Positions 47,211 to 58,481 of a DNA stretch of 64,000 nucleotides are shown here, piece by piece (positions within the stretch are counted from its first letter, which is position 1; the number at the start of each line of letters is the position of its first letter). Source of the DNA: an uncultured Campylobacterales bacterium (GTDB lineage Bacteria; Campylobacterota; Campylobacteria; Campylobacterales; QNZT01); the NCBI GenBank assembly GCA_964560425.1, contig CAZLLE010000103.1, positions 21,025 through 85,024 of the forward strand, written 5' to 3'. The notes beneath the pieces were generated by a model. It did not search any database, was not told the DNA's origin, and was given only the letters and a program-made list of their open reading frames with translations. A program made the translations under genes and the position numbers.

Positions 47211-50200
47211 ATGAAAATAAAAAGTAATCTGAAGTTAATAACAATAATTCCTATTTTGTTATTAACTATACTCTCTAGCTACCTTTTATATGATGCTTAT
47301 ATTAAATATGAGAGCGTAAAAGGGACACAGAGATATCTTAATGAGAATAGAATCCTCAAAACACTCTCTCAGCAGTTATTGACAGAGAGAGGCTTAAGCA
47401 CGCTGTACCTTCTTGAAAAAAAAGAACAAACAAAAGAGTTACTTAAAAAGCAGAGAGTTAGTAGTGACAATGCAATTAACTCAATTATGCGTTTATATAA
47501 TAGTAATACACTAAATAAAACACAATTTCGTATTATAAATAAACTCAAAAAACTGATATTAAAACGAGAAAAAGTTGATAATGCGACTATTACCTTCGAT
47601 GCTCTATACTCATATTTTGATACACTAAATTCAGATACCCTTAAACAATTAAGAAAAATCTCAATCTCTTCAAATAATTCAAAACTAGATAATCTTTCAA
47701 GAGATTATGCAAATAGTGTTGCACTTATACAATCTATTGCAAATGAGAGAGATTATATATCTAATATCATAAAAAAAGATCTAAAAAAAGATCCATTTTC
47801 ACTAATAAATCTTTTCAAAAATGGACAAATTGCACCAATACTAAATCATCTATCTCCACAAATCAAAAAAAATCTAAATTCTCAAAAATTTAAAGATGCA
47901 CTAAAAGAGACAAGAGAGATAAAAAGATCTATACTTGAAGGCAAAAATAGTCAAGATATAAATATCATCAACTGGTTTGCAAAAGAGAGTAGAAAAATTT
48001 CAGAAATTAATAAAGTATCCAATGAAATCAGTAGTGAAATAGAGATAACATCAGAAAAAGAGAGACAAAAAGTCTATATACAAGCAGCCATTGCACTACT
48101 TTTACTCCTTTTGAGCTTCTACATGATCTATATCTACAAAAAACTCTATAGTTATCTAAATAGCACAAAAGGGTTAGAGGGTATCTTAAATAAAATTCTT
48201 GATTATGCTCTTATTGATGAGAGTATAGATTTAGGAACTATAGAGGGAGTTAATAAAACATATTCACTCATAGAGGATACTGTAAGTAAAATTGCCATAG
48301 AGAAGAAAAAAGCAGAGAGAGCTAATGCTGCTAAGAGCATATTTTTGGCGAATATGTCACATGAGATACGAACACCTATTAATGGTATTATCGGTTTTAC
48401 AGAACTACTCAAAAAGAGTAAGCTCAAAGAAGATGAGAGAGAGTATGTAAATATTATAGACAAAAGTACAGAAAATCTCTTGGAGATAATAAATAATATC
48501 CTAGATTTATCCAAAATAGAGAGTAAAAAAATAGAGGTAGATGATGTACTATTTTCACCTGTTGAAGAGATTGAAAATATTGTAGAGGTATATAAGCCAA
48601 AAGCGGCAAACAAAGAGATAAATCTTTCACTTCTAATTGATAGTGGATTTGATAACTACCTTCTTGGAGATATTGGCAAAATAAAAGAGGTATTACTAAA
48701 TCTAATCAGTAATGCTGTCAAATTTACACCTACAGGTGGACAAATCACAATATTAATCAAAAATATTAGCTCATACACTCAAGACCACCAAAAAATCTAT
48801 TTTGAAGTAAGCGATTCTGGTATTGGTATGAGTAGACAAGAGATGAAGGATATTTTTAATGCCTTCTCACAAGCTGACTCAACTATTACAAGAAAGTATG
48901 GGGGAACAGGACTAGGTCTTACTATATCTTCAAACTATATATCTGTTATGGGTGGAAAATTAGAGGTTTTTAGTCAAAAAGATCATGGTAGTAATTTCTT
49001 CTTTACACTTGAATTCAAAAAAGAGAAACCAATCAAATCTATCTCAAAAAATAGATTTCCAAATCTCTCTGTACTACTTTTAAGTGAATCTATAGGGGAT
49101 AAACTAACAGAAAACTTATCTCATAATCTAGACTATTTTGGAGCAAAAGTTAAGCCATTAACCAAATCTCAACTTAGAGATGTAGCCAAAAAACTAAAAA
49201 CACAGCTATTAATTGCTCAAAAAAAGTGGATATCACCAAAAGATATCATGACATTAAACAATTTGGATATACCAACTATTCTTATTCTTCCAACAAAAGA
49301 GCATCTAAAAACAAAAGATTATCAAAGTAATAAAATATTTCCAATTGTAGAACCTCTTAGTTTGGAGAAGTTTTCAAATCTTATAGCAGAGATAAATCGT
49401 ATTTTTGATTTTAAAAATCATACAACTATAGAAAAAAATCAAACACAAAAGAAGACAAATAGAGTCCTTGTAGCAGAAGACAACGAAATAAATCAAAAAT
49501 TAATCACTAAAAATATTGAAAATTTTGGATTAGAAGTAATAACTGTAGACGATGGAAAAGAGGCTGTATATGTAACTAAAACTAATACTTTTGATATTAT
49601 CTTTATGGATATTGCAATGCCTGTAATGGATGGTGTAACCGCTACAAAAGAGATTTTGGAGTATGAGAGAGTCAATAACTTAAATCATACACCAATTATA
49701 GCCCTCACCGCCAATGCATTAAAGGGAGATAGAGAAAAATTTTTAAATGATGGACTTGATGACTACATTGCAAAACCAGCAAAAGAGAGAGATCTAAGAG
49801 ATGTTTTGATCAAATATGATATTATCAATGATGATAGTGAAAAAATATTATATGATCAAAAAAATATATTTTCATCTTCCAAACCAATTGAGATTCACAA
49901 AACAAAAGATAGTTCAAAAGAGAGATCTAAACAGAGTATAAAAGATATACTTATATTCAAAAAGAGCAAAGTAGAGACCAAAATTTTTGAAAAAGTTTTG
50001 AAAAAAAACTATAACAATATAGATACTGCAAATAACTTAGATGATTTTTACTATCTACTAGATACTAATGAATATAGAGCTATTATGTTAGATAAAGAGA
50101 TACCTGAACTAGATATTGAACGATTCTTCAAAAAAATTAAAAATAGAGAACAAACAGCAGTTTTACTCTTTAGAAGTTTTGATTCAATTATAGATGATGA

Positions 50201-50285
50201 TATCAGAAGAAAATTTGATGAAGTACTCATAAATAGTGCAGATCAAGCATATCTAAAAACTATTTTAGATAACTATCTCTCATAA
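47211..50285 (+). CDS. Hybrid sensor histidine kinase with a probable NIT (nitrate/nitrite-sensing) extracytoplasmic domain
   Basis: Two transmembrane helices flank [14 protein letters not shown] (NIT-like); H-box [18 protein letters not shown]; receiver LVAEDNEIN...FMDIAMP; degenerate C-terminal receiver. Confidence 0.88.
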   Translation: MKIKSNLKLITIIPILLLTILSSYLLYDAYIKYESVKGTQRYLNENRILKTLSQQLLTERGLSTLYLLEKKEQTKELLKKQRVSSDNAINSIMRLYNSNTLNKTQFRIINKLKKLILKREKVDNATITFDALYSYFDTLNSDTLKQLRKISISSNNSKLDNLSRDYANSVALIQSIANERDYISNIIKKDLKKDPFSLINLFKNGQIAPILNHLSPQIKKNLNSQKFKDALKETREIKRSILEGKNSQDINIINWFAKESRKISEINKVSNEISSEIEITSEKERQKVYIQAAIALLLLLLSFYMIYIYKKLYSYLNSTKGLEGILNKILDYALIDESIDLGTIEGVNKTYSLIEDTVSKIAIEKKKAERANAAKSIFLANMSHEIRTPINGIIGFTELLKKSKLKEDEREYVNIIDKSTENLLEIINNILDLSKIESKKIEVDDVLFSPVEEIENIVEVYKPKAANKEINLSLLIDSGFDNYLLGDIGKIKEVLLNLISNAVKFTPTGGQITILIKNISSYTQDHQKIYFEVSDSGIGMSRQEMKDIFNAFSQADSTITRKYGGTGLGLTISSNYISVMGGKLEVFSQKDHGSNFFFTLEFKKEKPIKSISKNRFPNLSVLLLSESIGDKLTENLSHNLDYFGAKVKPLTKSQLRDVAKKLKTQLLIAQKKWISPKDIMTLNNLDIPTILILPTKEHLKTKDYQSNKIFPIVEPLSLEKFSNLIAEINRIFDFKNHTTIEKNQTQKKTNRVLVAEDNEINQKLITKNIENFGLEVITVDDGKEAVYVTKTNTFDIIFMDIAMPVMDGVTATKEILEYERVNNLNHTPIIALTANALKGDREKFLNDGLDDYIAKPAKERDLRDVLIKYDIINDDSEKILYDQKNIFSSSKPIEIHKTKDSSKERSKQSIKDILIFKKSKVETKIFEKVLKKNYNNIDTANNLDDFYYLLDTNEYRAIMLDKEIPELDIERFFKKIKNREQTAVLLFRSFDSIIDDDIRRKFDEVLINSADQAYLKTILDNYLS

Positions 50286-50286
50286 A

Positions 50287-50856
50287 TTGATATATATCAT
50301 TACAGCCCTAAAAGTGGAGGCAACTCCACTAATAGTGCATCTAAACCTAGAGAAAATCAGATCCAAACCTTTTGAAATCTACTCAAATCAAAATATAATC
50401 CTCATTATTTCAGGTATAGGAAATATAAATATAGCAATAGCAACCACCTACCTTTTATCAACATTTCAAACAGCTAAAAGTGATAAGATATATAATATAG
50501 GAATATGTGGAAGTAAATCTACCAATAATGATATTGGAGAACTTTATACCATCAAAAAGATAGTAAATCAATCAACAAACAAAGTAGTACACATAACCAA
50601 CAATTCAGATACAAGAGAGGAAAGTATTACTACTACTCCAATTGCTCAAAATAGTTCTCATAAAATCAAAACCAATCTAGTAGATATGGAGAGTTTTGGA
50701 TTTTATTCTAGTGCAAAACTATTTTTACCAAAAGAGAGTATCATGATAATCAAGATAGTTTCTGATAAAGTTGATGATACTATTTTGGGTAAAAATATAA
50801 TATACTCTCTACTAGAGAATAAGATAGAGGAGATAAAATCATTAATGCTCTTATAA
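50287..50856 (+). CDS. Nucleoside phosphorylase / MTA-SAH nucleosidase-like protein (PNP_UDP_1 fold)
   Basis: ITALKVEA, ISGIG, NIGICG, LVDMES, KIVSD. Confidence 0.78.
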   Translation: MIYIITALKVEATPLIVHLNLEKIRSKPFEIYSNQNIILIISGIGNINIAIATTYLLSTFQTAKSDKIYNIGICGSKSTNNDIGELYTIKKIVNQSTNKVVHITNNSDTREESITTTPIAQNSSHKIKTNLVDMESFGFYSSAKLFLPKESIMIIKIVSDKVDDTILGKNIIYSLLENKIEEIKSLMLL

Positions 50857-51524
50857 CTGGTGCATCTAGTGGAATAGGATTAGAGTGTGTCAAAAAGCTT
50901 ATTAAGTTAAATTATAAAGTTTATGGAGTTGCAAGAGATTTTACAAAATGTAAATTTTCAGATCCAAATTTTATAAAAGTTGAATCCAATCTAACAGTAA
51001 ATCAAGAGTTTCCACAAATTAAAGATATCTCCATCTTAATAAACTGTGCAGGTGTCGGATATTTTGAACCTCATGAAGAGCTAAGTATAAAACAGATCAA
51101 AGAGATGATCAATCTAAACCTCACTGCTCCACTACTACTAAGTAGATACTTTTTGAGAGATCTCAAAAAAAATAGCGGATATATTTTCAATATCAACTCA
51201 ATTTCAGGAGTTGAACCAGCACCATTTGGAGCAGTTTATGGAGCAACAAAAGCAGGACTCAAACACTTTAGCACTTCACTATTCAAAGAGGCAAGAAAAA
51301 GTGGATTAAAAGTAATTAATATCAATCCAGATATTACAAAAACTCCATTTTTTGATAATCTACATTTTAAAGAGTCTAATAATCCATTGAGCTACATAGC
51401 ACCTCAAGATATAGCACAAATAATTGAAGATATCCTATCACTAAGAGAAGGTACTGTTATTACAGACATCACAATCCAACCACAAAAATTTCAGATACAA
51501 AAGAAAAAAAAAATAACTCTATAA
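50838..51524 (+). CDS. Short-chain dehydrogenase/reductase; N-terminus lacks a canonical start (ATC 50838 or ATT 50841)
   Basis: Frame is open from 50823: ALITGASSGIG, LINCAGVG, YGATK. In-frame TAA at 50820; the first ATG (51105) lies after the Rossmann fold. Confidence 0.82.
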   Translation: MINALITGASSGIGLECVKKLIKLNYKVYGVARDFTKCKFSDPNFIKVESNLTVNQEFPQIKDISILINCAGVGYFEPHEELSIKQIKEMINLNLTAPLLLSRYFLRDLKKNSGYIFNINSISGVEPAPFGAVYGATKAGLKHFSTSLFKEARKSGLKVININPDITKTPFFDNLHFKESNNPLSYIAPQDIAQIIEDILSLREGTVITDITIQPQKFQIQKKKKITL

Positions 51525-51577
51525 CCATTATTGGATACAATACCATCTAAAAATTTTTCCTAGAAAGTCTACTTAAC

Positions 51578-53647
51578 ATGAAAATCATAGATAATATAAA
51601 ACTAACAGGTGATAACCTAGAACAAAAAAGAGAAGAGATTAGAGACTATTTTATAAATAGTTGGGAAGCTTATGAAAAACTTTTTGAAATTATCAAAGAT
51701 GAACGGGCTTATTATCAAAAAGCAAACAATCTTAGACACCCTATTATCTTCTATTTTGGACATACTGCTACATTTTTTATCAATAAACTCATATTAGCCA
51801 AAATCATAGACAAGAGAGTTAATCCAAAATTGGAATCTATTTTTGCTGTTGGTGTTGATGAGATGAGTTGGGATGATTTAGATGAAAAAAACTACGATTG
51901 GGCTTCACTTCAAGAGACAAAAGAGTATCGAAATCTTGTCAAAAATAGAATACTTAATCTCATAGATAATTTACCACTTACACTACCAATATCTTGGGAT
52001 TCTCCATTTTGGGTTATATTAATGGGAATAGAACATGAGAAAATACATTTAGAGACATCTTCTGTGCTTATTAGAGAGTTACCTATAGAATTTATTACAA
52101 AATCATCTGTTTGGAAAATAGATAAAGAGGATAAAATAGTACCAAAAAATAAACTAATCCCTATCAAAGAGGGAGAAGTAAAACAAAACAAAACAAAAAA
52201 TAGTGATTATTATGGTTGGGACAATGAATATGGCACTCATGAAGCCTCTGTTTCAAACTTTAAAGCTTCTAAATTTTTGGTAAGCAATAGTGAATTTCTA
52301 GAGTTTGTAAAAGATGGAGGATATCAAACAGATAGATATTGGGAAGAGGAAGGAAGAGAGTGGAAAAACTACACAAAAGTAACCCATCCAAAATTTTGGA
52401 TCAAGGAAGGAAATGAGTATAAATTAAGAGATATTGACCAAATTATCCCCCTACTTCTTAGTCATCCTGTAGAAGTCAACTATCATGAAGCCAAAGCATA
52501 TTGTAATTGGCTTTCTCAGAAATTGGATAAAAATTTACGACTTCCTACTGAAGATGAGTGGTATAGACTAATTCAAACCAATGAGACAAAAGAAGCAAAT
52601 ATAAATTTGAAAAATCTATCTACAACACCTATAGATAAATTTCCTCATGGAGAATTTTATGATTTGAGAGGAAATGTATGGCAATGGACTCAAACAGCTA
52701 TATACCCTTATGAGGGGTTTGAAGTTCACCCAATTTATGATGATTTTACAACTCCAACATTTGATACCAAACACAACCTCATAAAAGGAGGCTCTTTTAT
52801 AAGTACAGGAAATGAGATCTTATTATCAGCAAGATACGCCTTTAGAAGACACTTCTATCAACATGCAGGTTTTAGATATGTAGAGAGTGATTATCAAGAA
52901 GAGAGTAAAAATAATATTTATGAGAGTGACTCTCTTGTATCTCAATATATAGAGTTTGGCTGGGGAAAGGAGTATTTTGGAGTAGCAAATTATCCATCTA
53001 CTTGTGCATCTTTGGCACTATCTTTCATGAAAGATAGACCCAAAAAAAGAGCTTTAGATATTGGATGTGCTATTGGTAGAAGTAGTTTTGAATTAGCAAG
53101 AGAATTTGAAGAGGTAACAGGATTAGATTTTACTGCTCGTTTTATATCTATGGCAGATAAGATGAAAAGTGATAAAAAGCTAAATTTTACAACCACTATA
53201 GAGGGTGATTTAGTAGAGTATAAAAGCACTTATTTAAAAGATTTTGATCTAGAAAAAGAGGCTCAAAAAGTAGAATTTTGGCAAGGAGATGCTTGTAATC
53301 TCAAACCAGTTTATAAAGATTATGATCTTATCTTTGCAGGAAATTTAATAGATAGATTATATAATCCAAAACACTTTTTAGACGATATTTCACACAGATT
53401 AAATAGTGGAGGACTCTTTATTATGACTAGCCCATACACATGGCTAGAAGAGTTTACTCCTAAAGAGGAATGGATTGGAGGCTATAAAAAAGATGGTGAA
53501 AATTTTACAACGCTAGATGGATTAAAGATAATTTTGGATAAAGACTTTAAATTAGTAGAGAGTAGAGATATACCTTTTGTAATTAGAGAAACAAAAAGAA
53601 AATATCAACATACTATTGCACAAATGAGCGTATGGGAGAAGAGATGA
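51578..53647 (+). CDS. ovoA: OvoA, 5-histidylcysteine sulfoxide synthase fused to a methyltransferase (ovothiol biosynthesis)
   Basis: DinB-like LRHPIIFYFGHTATFF, H-x3-H-x-E (HEKIHLE), FGE domain (GNVWQWT, HPIYDDF, FRRHFYQHAGFR), SAM methyltransferase domain (LDIGCAIGR). Confidence 0.9.
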   Translation: MKIIDNIKLTGDNLEQKREEIRDYFINSWEAYEKLFEIIKDERAYYQKANNLRHPIIFYFGHTATFFINKLILAKIIDKRVNPKLESIFAVGVDEMSWDDLDEKNYDWASLQETKEYRNLVKNRILNLIDNLPLTLPISWDSPFWVILMGIEHEKIHLETSSVLIRELPIEFITKSSVWKIDKEDKIVPKNKLIPIKEGEVKQNKTKNSDYYGWDNEYGTHEASVSNFKASKFLVSNSEFLEFVKDGGYQTDRYWEEEGREWKNYTKVTHPKFWIKEGNEYKLRDIDQIIPLLLSHPVEVNYHEAKAYCNWLSQKLDKNLRLPTEDEWYRLIQTNETKEANINLKNLSTTPIDKFPHGEFYDLRGNVWQWTQTAIYPYEGFEVHPIYDDFTTPTFDTKHNLIKGGSFISTGNEILLSARYAFRRHFYQHAGFRYVESDYQEESKNNIYESDSLVSQYIEFGWGKEYFGVANYPSTCASLALSFMKDRPKKRALDIGCAIGRSSFELAREFEEVTGLDFTARFISMADKMKSDKKLNFTTTIEGDLVEYKSTYLKDFDLEKEAQKVEFWQGDACNLKPVYKDYDLIFAGNLIDRLYNPKHFLDDISHRLNSGGLFIMTSPYTWLEEFTPKEEWIGGYKKDGENFTTLDGLKIILDKDFKLVESRDIPFVIRETKRKYQHTIAQMSVWEKR

Positions 53648-54855
53648 ACTTTGATCTAATTATACCCAGAGAGGGATCACATTGTGAAAAATTTGATTCA
53701 AAAGTTGAAAAATTTGGAACAAACGATCTATTTCCACTATGGGTGGCAGATATGGATTTTGCCACTTCAAAAGCTATTCAAGAAGCTATTACAAAGAGAA
53801 TAAAACATCCAATTTATGGATATACATCTTTTTACGAATTATACTTTGCAGCTATAAAATATTGGATGAACAAACAACATCAATGGCAAATATCAAATAG
53901 AGATATCATTCCAATCAATGGAATCGTTCCAGCACTTAATCTAGCAGTAGAGCAGTTCACAAAAAAAGGTGATGGAGTTCTTATTCAAACACCAATCTAT
54001 CCGCCATTTATGAATGCAATCAAACACCAAAGCCGAGAGATATTAGAGAATCGACTTCAACTAATAAATGGAAGATATGAGATAGATTTTGTCGATTTTA
54101 GAGAGAAAATAAAAAGAGCAAAACTTTTTCTATTTTGCTCACCACACAATCCAACAGGAAGAGTATGGCAAAAAGATGAACTAGAGGAGATTGCAAAAAT
54201 ATGCTATGACTACAAAGTAACTATAATAAGTGATGAAGTTCATGCTGATCTAGTATATAGAGGACATAAACATACCCCTATTGCTATGTTGGAAAAAGCA
54301 AAAGATATTACAATCACACTAAATGCACCATCCAAAACATTCAATGTTGCAGGAGTTGTAAATGCTTATGCAATAGCACAAAATAGCTCACTAAAGAGAA
54401 GATTTGAGGCAATTTTTACAAAATATGCACTAATAAATCCAAATCCATTCTCAATAGAGATTACTATAGCAGCATATCGACAGAGTGGTCTTTGGCTAGA
54501 TCAACTACAAAACTACCTAGAAGGGAACCTAAACTATCTCCTTCATCAACTAGAACAGACCCCAAAAATAAAACCAATCAAAGGGGAAGCTACATTTTTA
54601 CTATGGCTAGATTGTAGAGATCTAAATCTAAATGACCATACTATGTCTAATTGGTTTATAAAAGAGGCAAAATTGGGACTAAATAGTGGTATTAGTTTTG
54701 GAGCTATTGGATCTGGATTTATGAGAATTAATTTTGCACTTCCTCGCATTGTATTAAAATTAGCAATCAAAAATCTAAAAGATGCTTATGAAAAAAGGGA
54801 AAAAACACTTATAGAAAAAAGTATTGAGTTTCCATTCCTCAAGAAAGCTCCTTAG
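53644..54855 (+). CDS. MalY/PatB-family PLP-dependent C-S lyase (cystathionine beta-lyase-like)
   Basis: PLWVADMDF, CSPHNPTG, SDEVHADL, APSKTFN (PLP Lys), FMRINFA; ATGA overlap with ovoA. Confidence 0.9.
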   Translation: MNFDLIIPREGSHCEKFDSKVEKFGTNDLFPLWVADMDFATSKAIQEAITKRIKHPIYGYTSFYELYFAAIKYWMNKQHQWQISNRDIIPINGIVPALNLAVEQFTKKGDGVLIQTPIYPPFMNAIKHQSREILENRLQLINGRYEIDFVDFREKIKRAKLFLFCSPHNPTGRVWQKDELEEIAKICYDYKVTIISDEVHADLVYRGHKHTPIAMLEKAKDITITLNAPSKTFNVAGVVNAYAIAQNSSLKRRFEAIFTKYALINPNPFSIEITIAAYRQSGLWLDQLQNYLEGNLNYLLHQLEQTPKIKPIKGEATFLLWLDCRDLNLNDHTMSNWFIKEAKLGLNSGISFGAIGSGFMRINFALPRIVLKLAIKNLKDAYEKREKTLIEKSIEFPFLKKAP

Positions 54856-57649
54856 CCAAAAATTTTCCCGTATAACTACCACTTTTTTTATAATGCTTTG
54901 CTAAATCATAAGGAGAACCAGTAGCAACTATTTTTCCTCCACCACTACCTCCTTCTGGTCCCATATCTATAATATAATCGGCATTTTTCACAATATCAAG
55001 ATTATGTTCAATTACCAATACACTATTACCAAGATCCGTTAAATGTTGCAAAACATTTACAAGCCTATCTACATCAGCAAAGTGTAACCCCGTAGTTGGT
55101 TCATCAAGAATATAGAGGGTATTTCCAGTATCTTTTTTACTTAGCTCTTTTGAAAGCTTAATCCTCTGAGCCTCTCCACCACTCAAAGTTGTGGCATTTT
55201 GTCCAAGAGTGATATATCCAAGTCCTACTTCATGAAGTGTATGTAGTTTTTGATAAATTTTTGGAATTGCTTTAAAAAACTCCAAAGCTTCATCTACATC
55301 CATGTGCAATACTTCAGAAATATTTTTACCACGATAAAATACCTCCAATGTTTGAGCATTATATCGTTTACCTTGACATGCATCGCATTTGACTTGAATA
55401 TCTGGCAAAAAATGCATTTCGATTTTTATCTCTCCATCACCTTGACACTTTTCACATCTTCCACCTTTGACATTAAAGCTAAACCTTCCGATTTTATAGC
55501 CCCTAATCTCTGCCTCTTTAGTTTTGGAAAAGAGTAATCTTATCTCATCCATAACACCAGTATAAGTAGCTGGATTACTTCTAGGAGTACGACCAATAGG
55601 ACTTTGATCAAGATATATCACTTTATCCAACTGCTCCAATCCAAGACACTCTACACCCTCCACTTTTTTTACTTTTCTAGCACGATTAAGAAGCTCTTTG
55701 GCAACAGGCATAAGAGTTTGTAAAATAAGTGAACTTTTACCACTTCCGCTAACACCAGTAATACAAACCAAATTTGCAAGAGGAATTTTTACACTAAGAT
55801 CTTCAAGATTATTAAGAGTAACGCCATTTACCTCTATCCACCTCTCCTGTTTTCTCCCTTTAAAATAATCAATTTTTTTACGCCCATATAGATAATCTGC
55901 TGTTAAAGTTTTAGCTTTTTTTAGCTCCTTTAAAACACCACTAAATACAACCTCACCCCCAAATTTACCAGCCTTAGGACCAATATCTATAATAAAATCA
56001 GCAGATTCAATAGTCTCTTTATCATGCTCTACAACTATTACGCTATTGCCTCTTTTTTGTAGATTTTTCAAAGTACGAATAAGTCTAAGTGTATCTCTCT
56101 CATGAAGCCCAATGCTAGGCTCATCTAATACATACATTACACCCGTAAGTCCACTTCCAATTTGTGAAGATATACGAATTCTTTGAGCCTCTCCTCCACT
56201 AATTGTTCTAGCATCTCTCCCCAAAGATATATAACCAAGTCCTACATCTACTAGAAAAAATAGTCTCTCTTGAAGCTCTTTTAAAATTGGTGCAGCAATA
56301 ATAGATTGTTGTCTATTTAGGTGAGAAAAGTTTTTTTCATCTATATAAAACTGATAACTTTTATCAATTGGCATATCCAAAATAGAGGCTATACCCTCAT
56401 CAGCAAATTTTACAGCTAAACTCTCTAGTTTAAGACGATGTCCACCACAACTATCACACACCTTTTCCGTCATATATTCGCCAAGTTCTCGCTCATCTTT
56501 GATCATATCATAAGCAATTTTGACAACACCTTCAAACTTTCTTTTGAGATTATGGCGTTTCCATGTAAACTCTGCAAACTCTACTCCACCATGCAAAACC
56601 GCTTTTTTTTGATGTGATTGTAGATCTTCAAATGGGATAGTTGTATCAATTTTTGAGGCATCACAAAAAGCCTTTAAAAATTTTGCATAATACCCCTTGT
56701 TAAAGCCATAAAAGAGTTTAACAGCTCCATTATCAATACTTAAGTGTTCATCAATCACTTTACGCATATCAATTACATATCTAATGCCCAAACCATCACA
56801 AACAGGACATGCACCTTTTGGAGAATTAAATGAAAAAGAGAGTGGTTCAAGTGGATCAAAAGAGATCTTACAATCAAAACATGCAAAGTGTTCACTATAG
56901 TGAATATGTTCACTCTCTAAATTAACCTCTTCATGATTTAATATATCTATCTCCAACTCACCATAACTCTCCTTGAGAGCTTTCTCTACATCTTCTGCAA
57001 CTCTTTGACGATTATCCTCTTTTATAACAACCCTATCAACTACCAATTTGATTGTATGTTTTTTAGTTTTACTAAGCTCAATTTCATCATCAAGCCTCAC
57101 CATAACACCATCAATCATAGCTCGTACATAACCCTTTTGTCTCAATGACTCTATCAAATCATGAAAGCTTCCCTTTTTATCACGAATAAGGGGAGCTAAT
57201 AGTACTGCTTTTGTACCATTTGGAAGTTTTTGAACTTGTTTAATAATATCAGCCGCACTCATTTCAGAGATAGGTTTTCCACATTTATGACAATGTTGTT
57301 TTCCTACTCTTGCATATAAAAGTCGAAGATAGTCATAAATTTCGGTAATTGTTCCAACAGTAGAGCGTGGATTTTTGGAAGTTGTCTTTTGATCTATGGC
57401 AATAGCAGGAGTAAGCCCCTCAATCTTATCAATATCAGGCTTACCGATACGATCCAAAAACTGTCTAGCATAAGAGGATAAAGACTCTATATAACGCCTC
57501 TGCCCCTCTGCATAGAGAGTATCAAATGCCAATGTACTTTTACCACTGCCACTAAGACCTGTAATAACAACTAACTCATTTTTGGGAATCTCAATATTTA
57601 TCGATTTTAGATTATTTTCTCTAGCCCCATAAACTTTGATTTTATCCAT
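54839..57649 (-). CDS. uvrA: Excinuclease ABC subunit A
   Basis: GLSGSGKS, YAEGQRRY, SFNSPKGAC, GVSGSGKS, LSGGEAQR, LDEPTTGLH. Confidence 0.98.
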   Translation of the reverse strand: MDKIKVYGARENNLKSINIEIPKNELVVITGLSGSGKSTLAFDTLYAEGQRRYIESLSSYARQFLDRIGKPDIDKIEGLTPAIAIDQKTTSKNPRSTVGTITEIYDYLRLLYARVGKQHCHKCGKPISEMSAADIIKQVQKLPNGTKAVLLAPLIRDKKGSFHDLIESLRQKGYVRAMIDGVMVRLDDEIELSKTKKHTIKLVVDRVVIKEDNRQRVAEDVEKALKESYGELEIDILNHEEVNLESEHIHYSEHFACFDCKISFDPLEPLSFSFNSPKGACPVCDGLGIRYVIDMRKVIDEHLSIDNGAVKLFYGFNKGYYAKFLKAFCDASKIDTTIPFEDLQSHQKKAVLHGGVEFAEFTWKRHNLKRKFEGVVKIAYDMIKDERELGEYMTEKVCDSCGGHRLKLESLAVKFADEGIASILDMPIDKSYQFYIDEKNFSHLNRQQSIIAAPILKELQERLFFLVDVGLGYISLGRDARTISGGEAQRIRISSQIGSGLTGVMYVLDEPSIGLHERDTLRLIRTLKNLQKRGNSVIVVEHDKETIESADFIIDIGPKAGKFGGEVVFSGVLKELKKAKTLTADYLYGRKKIDYFKGRKQERWIEVNGVTLNNLEDLSVKIPLANLVCITGVSGSGKSSLILQTLMPVAKELLNRARKVKKVEGVECLGLEQLDKVIYLDQSPIGRTPRSNPATYTGVMDEIRLLFSKTKEAEIRGYKIGRFSFNVKGGRCEKCQGDGEIKIEMHFLPDIQVKCDACQGKRYNAQTLEVFYRGKNISEVLHMDVDEALEFFKAIPKIYQKLHTLHEVGLGYITLGQNATTLSGGEAQRIKLSKELSKKDTGNTLYILDEPTTGLHFADVDRLVNVLQHLTDLGNSVLVIEHNLDIVKNADYIIDMGPEGGSGGGKIVATGSPYDLAKHYKKSGSYTGKFLAKELS

Positions 57650-57651
57650 AT

Positions 57652-58383
57652 CTACACCAATTTATTTACAATAAGTGCTAAAATTATAAAATTCAAAATT
57701 AAGATAAGATTTTTATGCCGTTTAGGGTCAGTTTTGTGAGCCAAGTGTATACCCAAAAATACACCAATCAAGGAGGCTATACCAATAATCAACCCACTAT
57801 TATAATCAATATATCCATAAGTAGATAGACTAATCAGACCAGCAGTAGATGAAAAAACTACAAAAAATAGAGCAGAAGAGACAGCCTCTTTAATTGGATA
57901 GTGAAGCATTCCCACCATAATTGGAGTCAACAATAAAGCCCCCCCAATACCTACGCTTGTAGCAAAGATACCAATCATTATACCAATAATAAAAAAGAGA
58001 ACTCTATTTTCAATAGGTTTTTTATCAGATATAGCAGGAGCATTAAAAAAGCGATAAATAGCAAAAATAATTACACCCAAGAGAATGTAAGTTAATGTTT
58101 GAGAAGAGAGGAGATGGACAATATAACCACTCAACAAACCACCAAAAAAGCCACCAATACCAAAAAATATTGTACTAGATACCTTGAGTGAACCTTTTTT
58201 ATAGTTAAGGTAAGAGCCAAAATAGGAGCTAAAGACCATCTGAACCACAGAGATACCGATAGCTTCTTTGATATCAAACCCCATATAAAGCAAGATTGGT
58301 ACAAGAATTGTCCCACCACCAACTCCAAAAAAACCAGAAATTGCTCCAACAAATATACCAATTAATATTAGTTCAAATACCAT
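57652..58383 (-). CDS. TSUP (TauE/SafE) family transporter
   Basis: GFFGVGGGTILVP, second repeat GIGGALLLTP; about eight transmembrane helices. Confidence 0.88.
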   Translation of the reverse strand: MVFELILIGIFVGAISGFFGVGGGTILVPILLYMGFDIKEAIGISVVQMVFSSYFGSYLNYKKGSLKVSSTIFFGIGGFFGGLLSGYIVHLLSSQTLTYILLGVIIFAIYRFFNAPAISDKKPIENRVLFFIIGIMIGIFATSVGIGGALLLTPIMVGMLHYPIKEAVSSALFFVVFSSTAGLISLSTYGYIDYNSGLIIGIASLIGVFLGIHLAHKTDPKRHKNLILILNFIILALIVNKLV

Positions 58384-58481
58384 AATAAACCTCTCTAAAA
58401 GAAGAGAGATTGTACAAAAAAGGTTCTTAATACCTAGTGAGAGGTATAATTTAAAAATTTATTTAACTAGAGAGAAAAAAC

